Shown in pieces: positions 48,737 through 59,375 of a stretch of DNA of 64,000 bases. Positions within the stretch are counted from its first letter, which is position 1. Every line of letters starts with the position of its first letter. Under the pieces are notes generated by a model. It searched no databases, was not told where the DNA came from, and worked only from the letters and a program-made list of their open reading frames with translations. Source of the stretch: a bacterium (lineage in GTDB: Bacteria; UBA8248; JACPRG01; G963555815). Made by a program: the position numbers and the translations under genes. The stretch is taken from contig CBDHDG010000007.1 of the NCBI GenBank assembly GCA_965261595.1, positions 288,001 to 352,000 on the forward strand. Reading direction: 5' to 3'.

Positions 48737-49882
48737 TCACCCCGTGAATTCGAGGATGTCCAAACCGTTCAGGCGGTCGAGGGCGTAGATCAGGCCGTCC
48801 TTGGCGAGAAACACGTCGTTGGTCTTGGTGACCTCCTGGCCCTTGCTGGGGAGCGGCACGTGGTATCCGACCTCTTTCGGGCGGTAGGGGTCGCTGATGT
48901 CCACGGCCCGAAGGCCCCCCGTGAACCAAGCCACGAAGAAGATGTGGTCGTACACGCCCGGATAGATCTGCTCCTGGGGCTGATGGGCGCCGAACTGGGT
49001 CGGGTGATGGAAGGGATGGGGGTCCGGGACCTGATACGTCGAGACGGGCGCCGGGTTGGTCTCGTCGGTGATGTCCACCATCCAGAAGAACGCGTTGGGT
49101 TTGTCGGTCAGCCTGTCGGGGACCTCTTCGTCCGTCACGACCAGGAAGCGTCTCCCCCCGATTTCATAAGGGAGGGGAAGCGCGGTGTGCGTGGGACAAG
49201 GGTACGGGGGGCTCCAGTCCACCCGGCTGAGGAGCTTCGGCTTGCCCAGGTCCGCGATGTCCAGGATCATGAACCCCGCGTGCCAGTAACTGACGTAAAG
49301 CCGGTCGCCGAGGCGAAGGGGGTGATGGCAGCGGCACGCTCGGCCTTCCAATTCGGGCGTCTCGCCTCCGGCCGTGTGCTGGCCCGGGACCCACCAGCGC
49401 GACACCTCCTCCGGGCGTTCCGGATCGGCGATGTCCAGGATCATCATGATGTTCCCCTGGTAACCCTCCATCTCCGGCGAGATGTAGGCATGCCGCCCGT
49501 CGAAGTCGAAGCGGTGGACGCCGGTTCCGCCCGTTTTGAAAAAGCCGATCTCTCGGGGCTTGGACCTGTCCGAGATGTCGTAGACTTTGAGGCCGCCCTG
49601 AACCGGCTCGGTGGCGTTGCGCATCCGCTCATGGTTGACGAGCATGATGTCCCCGGCCACCCGGACCTTGTGGGAGTGGACGCCCGGGGGGACGGTGAGA
49701 TGGGAGACGATCCGGGGATTCCGGGGATCCGAGACATCCAGGATGGTTGTCCCGTCCCGGGGGCCCATGTGCCCCACATAGGCGTAGCCGTTCTCGACGG
49801 TGATCTGCCCCCCGCCCACGACGTCGATTCGGCCGACTGTCTTGAAGTTTTCCGATATCCCGAACGTGCGTTCCGGTGCCAT
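48737..49882 (-). CDS. LVIVD-repeat beta-propeller protein
   Basis: Repeated ILDVSDP.NP, VYDISD.SKP, ILDIADP.RP, AVDISDP.RP. Confidence 0.85.
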   Translation of the reverse strand: MAPERTFGISENFKTVGRIDVVGGGQITVENGYAYVGHMGPRDGTTILDVSDPRNPRIVSHLTVPPGVHSHKVRVAGDIMLVNHERMRNATEPVQGGLKVYDISDRSKPREIGFFKTGGTGVHRFDFDGRHAYISPEMEGYQGNIMMILDIADPERPEEVSRWWVPGQHTAGGETPELEGRACRCHHPLRLGDRLYVSYWHAGFMILDIADLGKPKLLSRVDWSPPYPCPTHTALPLPYEIGGRRFLVVTDEEVPDRLTDKPNAFFWMVDITDETNPAPVSTYQVPDPHPFHHPTQFGAHQPQEQIYPGVYDHIFFVAWFTGGLRAVDISDPYRPKEVGYHVPLPSKGQEVTKTNDVFLAKDGLIYALDRLNGLDILEFTG

Positions 49883-50304
49883 GAACCCCTCTCCCTGGTT
49901 CTTTCGTCCGATTGATGATTGACCCTGAAATCTTTGAAAATCCTATCTATACAAAGGATTGCAGTCAACGGTTCCAGCAAGAACCGAGGTCCACGGGGGG
50001 CTGTTCCCTTCCAGGGTCGATTCGAGAGGAGGAAGATTCTGTGATTATGACCGGCAAAAGTCGCGGCGGGAGATTTTCGGCGAGATCGTTCTCGGCCGGG
50101 TCCGGAAAGAGAAGTAGAGTCCGGGCCAACGGACTTGGGGTCTCGTGAGGGTCCGGGTGGATGAAGCTGCCCGCGTCTACGATGGGGAGACGTTTTTCAT
50201 CGACGGCGATAAGGTTGCAAATGGCCGCTACACGAAATTTGTCTGGTCAGCCGGAGGCGACCGGGTCTTGCTTTCCCTTTTTCCACCCGCGTGAATTCGC
50301 TTCC

Positions 50305-51309
50305 TCACCAGGATTTTTGGAAGATCCTCGGGTTAAACCGATTGGTATATAGGTCCTCGAGCTTGACCTCCGTTTTGAGTTTTAACAAGCGGACCATCAG
50401 GTCCCGGGTTTCCTTCATTTTTTCTTTAAGCATATAACCGACGCCGTTCTTCTTCGCTTCCGGTGTTGAAAGCAGACTGACGGCCACCTTCCACTGTCCG
50501 AGCACAAGCTGCTTTGATGAACCTGGGTTGTACTTGAGGAAATGCTTTACGGCCTCTTCCGGGTGATCAATCCCATACGCGATGCCCTGGATCGCTGCTT
50601 TTAGGAAGCGCCTGACCCGACCCGGCCGGTTCTGAATGTCGTCATCGTGCGCGATAATCCCATTAGAGTATATGTTGAAGCCAGAATCCCTCTAGAGTAG
50701 CATGCCGACGGATTTTCCGGCCTCTTTCGTCTTGAACGTGACTACTGGAAGGCCCGTGACATAGAAACAACCCGCATCCACCTTTCCCGCGAGAACACTC
50801 GGTAGAATGGACGGGAAATCCATGAACTGGAATTTCACCTTGGATTGGTCAATACCCGCGAGGTGGGCATAGGCCCCGAATGCCTTGAAGCTTCCCGACC
50901 GTTGGGACGCTCCAACCACGCGTCCTTCGAGGTCTTTGGGTTTGCGGATGCCGGACGATTTCAGGAAATACACCCCGTGGGGCGCTTTGCCAAACACCAT
51001 GGCGATCTCTTTGGCCTTTGACCCCCTCGCCCTGCCTCCCACAAGAGAGCCGGTGTCAGCGAATCCGAAATCGACCGTCTTGGTGCTCACATATTTGATC
51101 GTGTTTCCGGAACCGAATCCCCGAACGATTTCCGTGTCAAAGCCGGCCGCTTGGTAGAAGCCCTTTGCCAGGGCAGTGAAAAATCCGGAATCAGGCCCAT
51201 AAAACATGGAGCTGGTTGAGAACTTCATCTTCTCGGCGGCCTGCGCCCCAGAGACCAGTGACAACATTAACATTGCCACAAAGATCAGACACCAGGATTT
51301 CCTTCTCAT
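50305..51309 (-). pseudogene. NMT1/THI5-like ABC substrate-binding protein with internal TAG (50692-50694)
   Basis: Signal peptide, KGFY..AG, RGFGS, DLEGR; frame continues *RDSGFNIYSNG...RFLKA...LYTNRF. Confidence 0.82.
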
Positions 51310-51440
51310 GGACCATCTCCTCCTGGAAAAGGGGTCGTATTTGCCCTCCATATTGACCTGCCCCCTGAAACCGGTCCGGTTTGAGAGTTAGGATTTTCGC
51401 ACGGCTTTCGGGACTGGATTGGCCTAGAAAGGGGGCAGTG

Positions 51441-51719
51441 ATGAGTCGGAAGCGATTCACCGCGGAGCAGATCATCCACAAGCTTCGTCAGGCCGAGGTG
51501 GAGTTGGCCAATGGGCAGAGGATGGCTCAGGTCTGCAAGACGCTGGGGATCTCCGAGCAGACCTATTACCGGTGGCGGCGGGAGTACGGAGGCCTGCGCC
51601 TGGACCAGGCGAAACGACTGAAGACACTGGAGCAGGAAAACGCCCGGCTAAAGAAGCTGGTGGCCGAGCAGGCCCTGGATAACGCCATCTTGAAGGAGGC
51701 CTCCCAGGGAAACTTCTGA
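51441..51719 (+). CDS. IS3 transposase OrfA (HTH)
   Basis: RFTAEQII...LGISEQTYYRWR...LEQENARLKK. Confidence 0.92.
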   Translation: MSRKRFTAEQIIHKLRQAEVELANGQRMAQVCKTLGISEQTYYRWRREYGGLRLDQAKRLKTLEQENARLKKLVAEQALDNAILKEASQGNF

Positions 51720-51742
51720 GCCCGCCTGCGCGGCGGCGGGCG

Positions 51743-52612
51743 ATGGAGCATGTGCGGGAGAAGCTGAGCGTGTCCGAACGTCGCGCCTGCCGGGTGCTGG
51801 GTCAGGCCCGCTCGACTCAGCGGCGCTCTGCCCAGGTCCCTGACGATGAGGCCCGTTTGGTGGCGCGGGTGACAGAGCTGGCGAGCGAGTACGGACGGTA
51901 CGGCTACCGGAGGATAACGGCTCTGTTGGAAAGAGAAGGCTGGCGAGTGAATCACAAGGGGGTGGAGCGGATCTGGCGCCAGGAAGGCCTGAAGGCGCCG
52001 AAGAGACAGCCCAAGCGAGGGCGTTTATGGCTGAACGACGGCTCTTGTGTTCGCAAGCGTCCGTCTTATCGGAATCATGTGTGGTCCTACGACTTCCTGG
52101 CCGCGAGGACGCACGATGGGCGGCCTTTACGGATGCTGGCTGTGATGGATGAGTTGACCCGGGAGTGCTTGGCCCTTGATGTAGAGAGAAGACTCAACTC
52201 CGAGGACGTCCTGGACCGCCTCACCGAGTTGTTCGTCCGGCGTGGCCTGCCGGCTTATATCCGCTCGGACAACGGGGCGGAGTTCACGGCGAATGCGGTG
52301 AGAGGGTGGCTCACCCGTCTTGGGGTGAGAACGCTTTACATCGAGCGGGGCAGTCCCTGGGAGAACGGCTATGTGGAGTCCTTCATCGGCAAGCTGCGCG
52401 ATGAGCTGCTCAACGGGGAGATCTTCTACACCCTGACAGAGGCCAAGGTGTTGGTGGAGAGATGGCGACAACTCTACAACCGGGTAAGGCCCCATAGTGC
52501 CTTGGGCTACCGGCCCCCGGCGCCGGAGGCCATCGAACCAATGCCTCCGGGCATCCCTACACTTTCGGATATCGGGGAGAAGAGACTAACTCAAAAAGTG
52601 GTACAACTTTAG
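51743..52612 (+). CDS. IS3 transposase OrfB (DDE/rve)
   Basis: WSYDF, RSDNGAEF, PWENGYVESF, RPHSALGY. Confidence 0.93.
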   Translation: MEHVREKLSVSERRACRVLGQARSTQRRSAQVPDDEARLVARVTELASEYGRYGYRRITALLEREGWRVNHKGVERIWRQEGLKAPKRQPKRGRLWLNDGSCVRKRPSYRNHVWSYDFLAARTHDGRPLRMLAVMDELTRECLALDVERRLNSEDVLDRLTELFVRRGLPAYIRSDNGAEFTANAVRGWLTRLGVRTLYIERGSPWENGYVESFIGKLRDELLNGEIFYTLTEAKVLVERWRQLYNRVRPHSALGYRPPAPEAIEPMPPGIPTLSDIGEKRLTQKVVQL

Positions 52613-52998
52613 GGGGCGGGTCAGTTGAAAGAGATTGTAACCCCAAAGCTTCAAAGATTCGCGGGCCTTGGATTGTTCTTTTTGCCGAACAACATTCCCG
52701 AAGGGCGAACCTACCTGCCCAGCGCGGAATTCGTTGAAACCCGTCCGGCCATCCTCGGTATCCGGGCGGACGCCTGCTGAGGCGTGAGCTCTGACGGATC
52801 GGGAGGAAATCCTGAAGGGTCGAGGTGGATGGCGCCGCTGGATGCGCTCAATTACCGGATGAAAGTTCTTAACCCGTCCACCCGCGCCCGGCCCTCGCGG
52901 TTGACGGTTTCCCCTCCTTTTGGGTACGCTCGGACGAACTTCCGGAATGACGACAATCGGGCCCGGGAAAGGAAAACTCGAAAATACCGTTTGAAGGT

Positions 52999-53346
52999 TT
53001 GCGCGATTACCTCGATGCGCTGGAGCGGGAAGGGCTTTTCCGCTGGGTGGACAGCGAGGTGGACAAAGACTGGGAAATCGCTTCCATGAGCCGGATGCTC
53101 TTCCGCGCCTACGCCGAAGAGCAGCGGTACGGGCTGGGATTCCGGAATATCCCGGGGATTTCCCGGCGGCCGGGGGAGGCCTCTGGGGGCACCAAAGGCG
53201 CGAAGGTCATCATCGACGCGACGAAGAAGTGGGACTACCCCGAGGTGTCTCTGCCGCCGCGCGAGATCCTGGACCGGGTTGTGGAGAACTGGGCGAAGTA
53301 CGAGCTTCCGCCCCTGAGGGACATTCGGCTGCCGGGGGGCCTGTAG
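52999..53346 (+). pseudogene. UbiD-family decarboxylase relic with in-frame internal deletion
   Basis: N-terminus LRDYLDALEREG...EVD.DWEI...FRNIPG joined to C-terminus KVIIDATKKW...V.ENW.KY; only 115 aa. Confidence 0.75.
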
Positions 53347-53499
53347 CCTCTTAAGGGACGTTTTGCGGCTTGTCCGCCGATCCCGGAAAGATTGGCTCCG
53401 CTTTTCAGGGTCCCCGTCAGCGAAAATGAGGGTTGTGTGAAATGGGGCTCGATCCACCGCCCCGGAAGAATCGACCGCCGGACCGGAGGAATAAAAGGC

Positions 53500-54381
53500 A
53501 TGGCCGCAGCGAAGAAGGGCAAAAGACAATCGGTCTGGATGCAGGACCTGACGTGGGAGGAGATCGCCGAATACCTCGAGGGCGAAGACATCGTCATCGT
53601 CCCCATCGGGAGCACCGAGCCGCACGGCCCCCATCTGCCCATCGGCGTGGACGGGTTCGAGGCCATCGACTATTCCGAGGGCATCGCCGAGACGGCCGGC
53701 GTCCTGTGCGCGCCGCCCACCTGGTTCGGCGACGCCCAGCACCATATGCACAAACCCGGAATCTCACTGATGCCCGAGACAGTCGTGGCCCTTTTGAAGG
53801 ACATCTACCGCAGCCTCATCCGGCACGGTTTCAAGAAGGTCATCACCTTCAACGGACACCGGCTGGCCAACACGGCGGCCATCGGAATCGCGACGAAGAC
53901 AATCAAACAGGAGTTTCCCGAGGTGATCTTCGCGCTTTACGATCCCTTGATGATCGCGGCCACGACGCACCGCGAGGTCTGCGAGAATCCGGGTGCCGGC
54001 CAACACGGCGGCGAGTTCGAGACTTCCCACATGCTCTACCGGCGGGGGGGCCTCGTCCAGATGGACAAGGCCTTCGAGCACCGGGGGAGACTTCTGTTCG
54101 AGACGCGGTTTTTCTCGCACGACCACTTGGGAGGCGGGGACCGGATTCCCATCACGATCGACGCGAAGGACCAAAGCTTTTACACCCCCCCCGCCCATAT
54201 CGGCGACCCGACCGTGGCGACGGCTGAAAAGGGGGAGATGCTCTGGAACGCCATCATCGGCAACGGGGTGGAATTCATCGAATCGCTCCGGAAATTTCAA
54301 CCCGCGAAACGGCGGAAATACCCCCGCGCCGTCCGACCCTCTCGTGCCGGGTCCCGGCCGAAGGGGAGAAAATCCAAGTAA
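53500..54381 (+). CDS. Creatininase/MftE family amidohydrolase
   Basis: LTWEE, PIGSTEPHGPHLP..D, NGH, HGGEFETS, ATAEKG. Confidence 0.9.
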   Translation: MAAAKKGKRQSVWMQDLTWEEIAEYLEGEDIVIVPIGSTEPHGPHLPIGVDGFEAIDYSEGIAETAGVLCAPPTWFGDAQHHMHKPGISLMPETVVALLKDIYRSLIRHGFKKVITFNGHRLANTAAIGIATKTIKQEFPEVIFALYDPLMIAATTHREVCENPGAGQHGGEFETSHMLYRRGGLVQMDKAFEHRGRLLFETRFFSHDHLGGGDRIPITIDAKDQSFYTPPAHIGDPTVATAEKGEMLWNAIIGNGVEFIESLRKFQPAKRRKYPRAVRPSRAGSRPKGRKSK

Positions 54382-54483
54382 CCATAGGGAAGGACGCCGG
54401 TCCAAAGCGGTTTGCCCGGACCGGCCGGTTTGTCAAAATCCCCGCGCTTCAGGAGCGCCCTGGAAAATTTCACGCCATCAGGA

Positions 54484-54511
54484 TTGACGAATACGCTTCT
54501 TTGGATATAAT
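54484..54511 (+). promoter_or_regulatory. Sigma70 promoter
   Basis: TTGACG-N16-TATAAT. Confidence 0.6.
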
Positions 54512-54641
54512 TACAGAAAAACCAACGAGTTATCGCTCTGATGACCCTTCAGGGTGAAATGGGGATTGAACGCTGTAAATTTTTGAATGGGGCGACAAGT
54601 CTGACATCTCTGTCAAAAGCGGCCCAGGGAGATCTTGAAGT

Positions 54642-54827
54642 ATGGCCACAGTCAAAGAGGATTTCACGGCATTTATACGCATGGGAAAAGACGGCGACCC
54701 CGAACCCGTCGAGTTTGCAGAGGGTGATGAGGTGTCGATCGTCCAGGAATGGGAGGGAGAGCTGGTCTTAATCAAGAATGATGACGGAAAATTATTCAAC
54801 GTCAAGAAAATTTTGATTGACCTATGA
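54642..54827 (+). CDS. Small acidic hypothetical protein (SH3-like beta pattern)
   Basis: GGAG RBS; FAEGDEVSIV...LIKNDDGKLFNV. Confidence 0.6.
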   Translation: MATVKEDFTAFIRMGKDGDPEPVEFAEGDEVSIVQEWEGELVLIKNDDGKLFNVKKILIDL

Positions 54828-55046
54828 GCAGATTAGAATCGATAGAAAAAAAGTTTAATAAAGCGGCCTTGAAGCGGAATCAGCCGAGGCCGGAGATAAC
54901 GTTGGGCAGGTCATGAGGAATGGCTCCATTGAGTCTGTCACAATATCCGAAGCGCACCCTATCTGAATTCCAGAGGGCCCTACGCCGGGCGGGCGGAGCG
55001 GTCGTTCCATTTTCATGTTGCTCTCAGAGAGAAGGATATTTGTTCA

Positions 55047-55562
55047 ATGTCGAGAGGAAGGATTAAAAGACTGATTACGGACCGAGGATTTGGATTTATT
55101 GAAACAACCCAAGGGGAGGATTTGTTCTTTCACTGCTCAAAACTCCGAGAAATTGAGTTTGCCGACCTTCACGAGAACCAGATCGTAGAGTTCGACATCG
55201 CACAATTCTCCCAAGGACTTCAGGCGGTGAACGTCCGCACGTCGGGGTCCGAAATCAATGAACCCCAGGCCGAAAATGGGTGGTCCGCCACCGTTCCCTC
55301 CCAATCCGGTTGGGAGGAGGAAACGGAAGATCAGCCCGATTCTTTCGAAGAAGAAGGAGAAGAAAACGCCCTGACACCGCGCGAACAATTGATGATCCGC
55401 CTCGCGGTCAACATCACGCGGGGCGCCGAAGGGGGCGTTCGGGACCAATTGGACGCCGCGCGACAGTTGGGAATCGACAAGGCAACCTTGTCGGCGGTGA
55501 TCGATTGGGTGAGCAAGGCTAACGCGGACGCCTGCCGGGCGGTTACGGCCGAAAACCTGTAA
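55047..55562 (+). CDS. Cold-shock domain fused to acidic linker and CMD/AhpD-like helical domain
   Basis: RGFGFI, LFFH, GLQAVNV; then ALTPREQLMIRLAV...ARQLGID. Confidence 0.8.
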   Translation: MSRGRIKRLITDRGFGFIETTQGEDLFFHCSKLREIEFADLHENQIVEFDIAQFSQGLQAVNVRTSGSEINEPQAENGWSATVPSQSGWEEETEDQPDSFEEEGEENALTPREQLMIRLAVNITRGAEGGVRDQLDAARQLGIDKATLSAVIDWVSKANADACRAVTAENL

Positions 55563-55641
55563 GCTTCGCCGCCCCCGAAATTCGGCCGCTTCATGATGTT
55601 TTTCAGGGATCGTCATCTTCCCGTCCACAAGAGGAGCCGAC

Positions 55642-55887
55642 ATGGAAAAAGAGATCCTGGGACGGGTCGCCAAGATCCGGTTGGCCGAAGGGAAGGAGAG
55701 GTGGGAGGTCTGGGCGGACCTCTATGAGGACGGCGGGAAGCCTTCCGATGGAGAGGACGCCATCGAGCGGGAATTTTACGGCATCGGTGATGACCGGGAA
55801 GAGGCGGAAGAGATGATCGAGGTCCTCATCACCAATTACCTCAAGAAAAAGTGGAAAAAAGAACGGCTTCGAGGACAGACAGATTAA
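55642..55887 (+). CDS. Hypothetical acidic protein
   Basis: GAGGAG RBS, 81 aa. Confidence 0.6.
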   Translation: MEKEILGRVAKIRLAEGKERWEVWADLYEDGGKPSDGEDAIEREFYGIGDDREEAEEMIEVLITNYLKKKWKKERLRGQTD

Positions 55888-55997
55888 ACGGCCCAGCCCT
55901 CGCCTGTGACCGACCTCAGCCGTTCAACCTCACCTGAATCGTTTCAAACCTCGGAATTCAGCGCTGCCGCCCTCACCCTGAGGAGGACCCTTCGCAC

Positions 55998-56513
55998 ATG
56001 AACGCTGTCCGACATCTCGTTTCTTCCGCCGGGGCGGGCGCCGCGGTCGGGGCGGCAACCGGATCCCCTGAGATTGGAACGGCCTTTTTCATCGCGGGTT
56101 GGGCCATCGACTTTGACCACGCGCTGGACTTTGGCCTGAAATGGGGCCCCCGGGGGGCCTTTGTCCGGATGGCCCGGATGGGAATCGGCCCAATCAACCG
56201 CCCGGACACCGCCATCTTGTTCCTCCACGCCTACGAGGTCTCCGTCCTGCTCTTCGCGCTCGCGGCCGCTTTTCCCGAATCGCCCTGGATATTGGGCGCG
56301 GCCCTGGGACAACTCTTTCACCTCCTTCTGGACCAAGTAACGAACTTGCGAAAATGGGGGCCCACTTACTTCCTCGCTTATCGGTGGTCGCGCCGATTCA
56401 GACTTGAGCTGTGTTTCCCCGGACAGACCCCGGAGCGGAAGCACGGCCCGCAAACCGTGACGACCGACCTCGCGTCCGAATCCGGGCCTCCCTCCTCCCC
56501 TTCCGGGAGTTGA
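55998..56513 (+). CDS. Membrane protein, metal-dependent hydrolase-like
   Basis: GAGGAGG RBS; H, DFDH, LHAYE, HLLLD motifs among TM helices. Confidence 0.65.
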   Translation: MNAVRHLVSSAGAGAAVGAATGSPEIGTAFFIAGWAIDFDHALDFGLKWGPRGAFVRMARMGIGPINRPDTAILFLHAYEVSVLLFALAAAFPESPWILGAALGQLFHLLLDQVTNLRKWGPTYFLAYRWSRRFRLELCFPGQTPERKHGPQTVTTDLASESGPPSSPSGS

Positions 56514-56649
56514 AACCCGCCCTCTCCGGGCGTGAAACATTCCGATCTTCTGAAAATGCGTCGTGGCCTTTGCGGCCGGGAGCGGAGAGAGGGGGAGAGT
56601 ATTCCACGCGCCCGCGGCCTCTTCGGAGGCGGCGGCCTCACCGGAGACT

Positions 56650-57993
56650 TCAGGGCTCGCGAGAAAACAGGTCGATGTCGGCCGGGAGCGGCTCGTGAAG
56701 GAATGGCCTCGCGTCCTCGCCCATGTAGTCGCCGGCCCGATGTCCGGCCCCGGCAACCTGATACTTGTACGTCACCAGACCATCGAGACCCACGGGTCCG
56801 CGGGCGTGAAGCTTCTCCGTGCTGATTCCAACCTCGGCCCCCAGACCGTAGCGATAACCGTCGGCGAAACGGGTGGACGCATTCCACAGGACGCTCGCCG
56901 AGTCCACCCCCGAGAGAAAGGCCTCGGCCGCCGCGGGTTCTTCTGTGAGGATCCCGTCAGTGTGCCGCGACCCGTGCAGGTTGATGTGACGGACGGCTTC
57001 CTCCAGGTCCGACACCACCCGGATGGACAGAATGAGGTCCAGATACTCGGCGTCCCAGTCCTCCTCCGAGGCCGGCGTCACGCCCTGCACGACAGCGCGG
57101 GTTTTCGCGCACCCCCTCACTTCAACGCCCGCATCCCGCAACGCCCGGACCGCTTCAGGAAGAAAATCGGCCGCCGCCGCCTCGTGCACAAGAAGGGTTT
57201 CGACGGTGTTGCAGGCGGCCGGATAATTTGTCTTTGCGTCCAGAAGGATGGCGACGGCCGACTTGCATCCTGCGGAGCGCTCCACGGCCCGGTCCACGTA
57301 GAGATGACAGATCCCGTCGGCGTGGCCGAGAACGGGAGTTCGCGTGTTCTCCCGGATGTAACGGACGAACGCATTGCTTCCCCGGGGGATGATGAGGTCC
57401 ACCAAACCGTCAAGTCCCAGCAGCTCTTTGACCTCTTCCCGATCCTCCAGAATCTGGAGGGCGCCCGTCGGAATTCCGCTTGATTCCGCCGCGCGGGTCA
57501 GAAGACGGACGGTGACGCGGTTCGTCCGCACGGCCTCCCGACCGCCCTTTAGAATCACGGCGTTCCCGGACTTCAAGCAGAGCGAAGCGATTTGCGAAAC
57601 GGCGTCGGGGCGCGCCTCGAAAATGGCGGCAATCACGCCGAGCGGGCAGGTCACCCGCCGCAGGACCAGACCCTCGTCGAGCCGGCAGGCGTAGTCAACC
57701 CGGCCGACGGGATCGGTCTGGCGGCGCACGGCCCGGACGTTTTCCGCCATGGAGATAATTTTGGCCTCGTCCAGCACCAACCGTTTGAACAGGGCCTGGG
57801 TCATCCCTCCGGACTGAACGGCCCGCTCGGCCTCGGCGGTGTCCTCCCGGTTGGCCTCGAGGATTTCCGCCGCGTCACGCTCGATGGCCTCCGCCATGGC
57901 GCTGAGCGCCGCGTCACGAACCTCCGCTCCAAGGACGGAAAGTCCCAAAAAAACCTCTTGGGCCCTTCGACAGATTTCCAGGACCGCACTCAC
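56650..57993 (-). CDS. proA: Gamma-glutamyl phosphate reductase
   Basis: FEARPD, LKGGREA, IIPRGS, AACNTVE, NASTRFADG, LHARGPVGL. Confidence 0.96.
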   Translation of the reverse strand: MSAVLEICRRAQEVFLGLSVLGAEVRDAALSAMAEAIERDAAEILEANREDTAEAERAVQSGGMTQALFKRLVLDEAKIISMAENVRAVRRQTDPVGRVDYACRLDEGLVLRRVTCPLGVIAAIFEARPDAVSQIASLCLKSGNAVILKGGREAVRTNRVTVRLLTRAAESSGIPTGALQILEDREEVKELLGLDGLVDLIIPRGSNAFVRYIRENTRTPVLGHADGICHLYVDRAVERSAGCKSAVAILLDAKTNYPAACNTVETLLVHEAAAADFLPEAVRALRDAGVEVRGCAKTRAVVQGVTPASEEDWDAEYLDLILSIRVVSDLEEAVRHINLHGSRHTDGILTEEPAAAEAFLSGVDSASVLWNASTRFADGYRYGLGAEVGISTEKLHARGPVGLDGLVTYKYQVAGAGHRAGDYMGEDARPFLHEPLPADIDLFSREP

Positions 57994-58222
57994 GTTCTTC
58001 GAGCCTCCTCTAAGATCTCTATCCAATGTATCCCATTTAGAGAACCATTTCCAAAACGTCCGGACATTCCCGAAGAATACACGGAGGCCTCAGGCCCGGG
58101 CATCTCTCAACCCTTATGTTTCTGCGGAGGCTGAGGGTTAGCGGACGATGGGGTCAGAACTTTACTTTTTGGTTTTTGGGTTGTGAGAATGTTTGCCGCG
58201 AAACCGATATCAACAATTCGGG

Positions 58223-59206
58223 TTAAGCCGCTCCGGCGCTTTTCCGGCTCTTCAATCCCGCCAGTTTCCGGAATTCCTTCGCCGTCATCGGTTCCTTGCC
58301 GAGGGTCCTTCCCAGCTCGATGGCCTCGCGGACGGCCTCGGCCGTTGTCTCCAAAACGTCGTTCTTGTGGGGATACTTGTAGAGGACGTCTTCCATCCCC
58401 ACGCGAATGTGAAGCCCCAAGAGATGGTTGATCGTCGTCCCGTACACTGAGGCGCGCCCGGCATCGCTGGCAATGATGATGGAGTCGGGGTCGATCTCCT
58501 GAATGCGGTCCACCAGAAAGGTCATCCCGTCCCACGTCGCTCGGACATGCGGCATGTACAAAGTCCCGGGAATTCCGGGCAACAGGTGCCAAACGAAAGG
58601 TCTTTGCAGTATTCCCGTGTCGATGAGATTGCGTTTGGCGTTCCAGATGCTCGACGCCTCATGAACATCGATTATGCAGCGGACCCCCATGGCTTGGTAG
58701 TACTCCGCCTGGGCCCGCATCGTCTCCGGACGCATCGCGCGAAGCCGGTCCCCCAGCAAGCCCGAAGTCGGGTTGACGATGCAGAGATCGAACAGCCCTT
58801 CGGTGACGGGTGTCATGCACTCCTCGAACGTCCGGCCCGTCATGGTTCCTCCGTCGATGACGATATCGTCCCCATACCGCTCGATGATGGGATCGAGCAC
58901 TTCGTGGTAAATCTCGGCCCGGGCGGTGGGCCTTTCGTCCCGGTCCCGGACATGGACGTGGATCCCCGAGGCCCCGGCCTCGATGGCGGCGAAAAACGCG
59001 TCCCGGACTTCCTCCGGCAGGATGGGCTGCTTTGGGTTCTGGTCCTTGTTGACGAAGCTGCCGACGACGGCGGCGCTCACGAAAAACCTCTCGGGGATCT
59101 CCCACGGCGCCTGGACACGGAAGTCTACGCCCCGGGTCCCCCAATCAGGCTTGTGGGGCGGTGCCACGTCTTTGAACTTCCTGAGGAGCTCCGCGCTTTT
59201 CTCCAT
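58223..59206 (-). CDS. Beta-keto acid cleavage enzyme (BKACE/DUF849)
   Basis: AGASGIHVHVRD, HIRVGMED, start MEKSAE. Confidence 0.88.
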   Translation of the reverse strand: MEKSAELLRKFKDVAPPHKPDWGTRGVDFRVQAPWEIPERFFVSAAVVGSFVNKDQNPKQPILPEEVRDAFFAAIEAGASGIHVHVRDRDERPTARAEIYHEVLDPIIERYGDDIVIDGGTMTGRTFEECMTPVTEGLFDLCIVNPTSGLLGDRLRAMRPETMRAQAEYYQAMGVRCIIDVHEASSIWNAKRNLIDTGILQRPFVWHLLPGIPGTLYMPHVRATWDGMTFLVDRIQEIDPDSIIIASDAGRASVYGTTINHLLGLHIRVGMEDVLYKYPHKNDVLETTAEAVREAIELGRTLGKEPMTAKEFRKLAGLKSRKSAGAA

Positions 59207-59375
59207 CTCCCCCCCCCTCCCGTCGAGGCCGGTGTCAGGCCGATGCAAGAACGCTCTGCGCCCTCCCGCCGCTATCCGCGCGCACGCCGTCACCGACGGA
59301 ATCCGTCAAGGCGCGGTTCGGCCGGTTTATCTCCGCGGGTCCGCCCGGTCCTCTGCGGACATCCTCGCACAGCCG

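Larger units (their letters stand above)
51354..52623 (+). mobile_element. IS3-family insertion sequence
   Basis: TGACCTGCCCCCT...AGGGGGCGGGTCA terminal IRs; orfA/orfB with GGGAAAC slippery site at 51707-51713; no target duplication visible. Confidence 0.92.
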
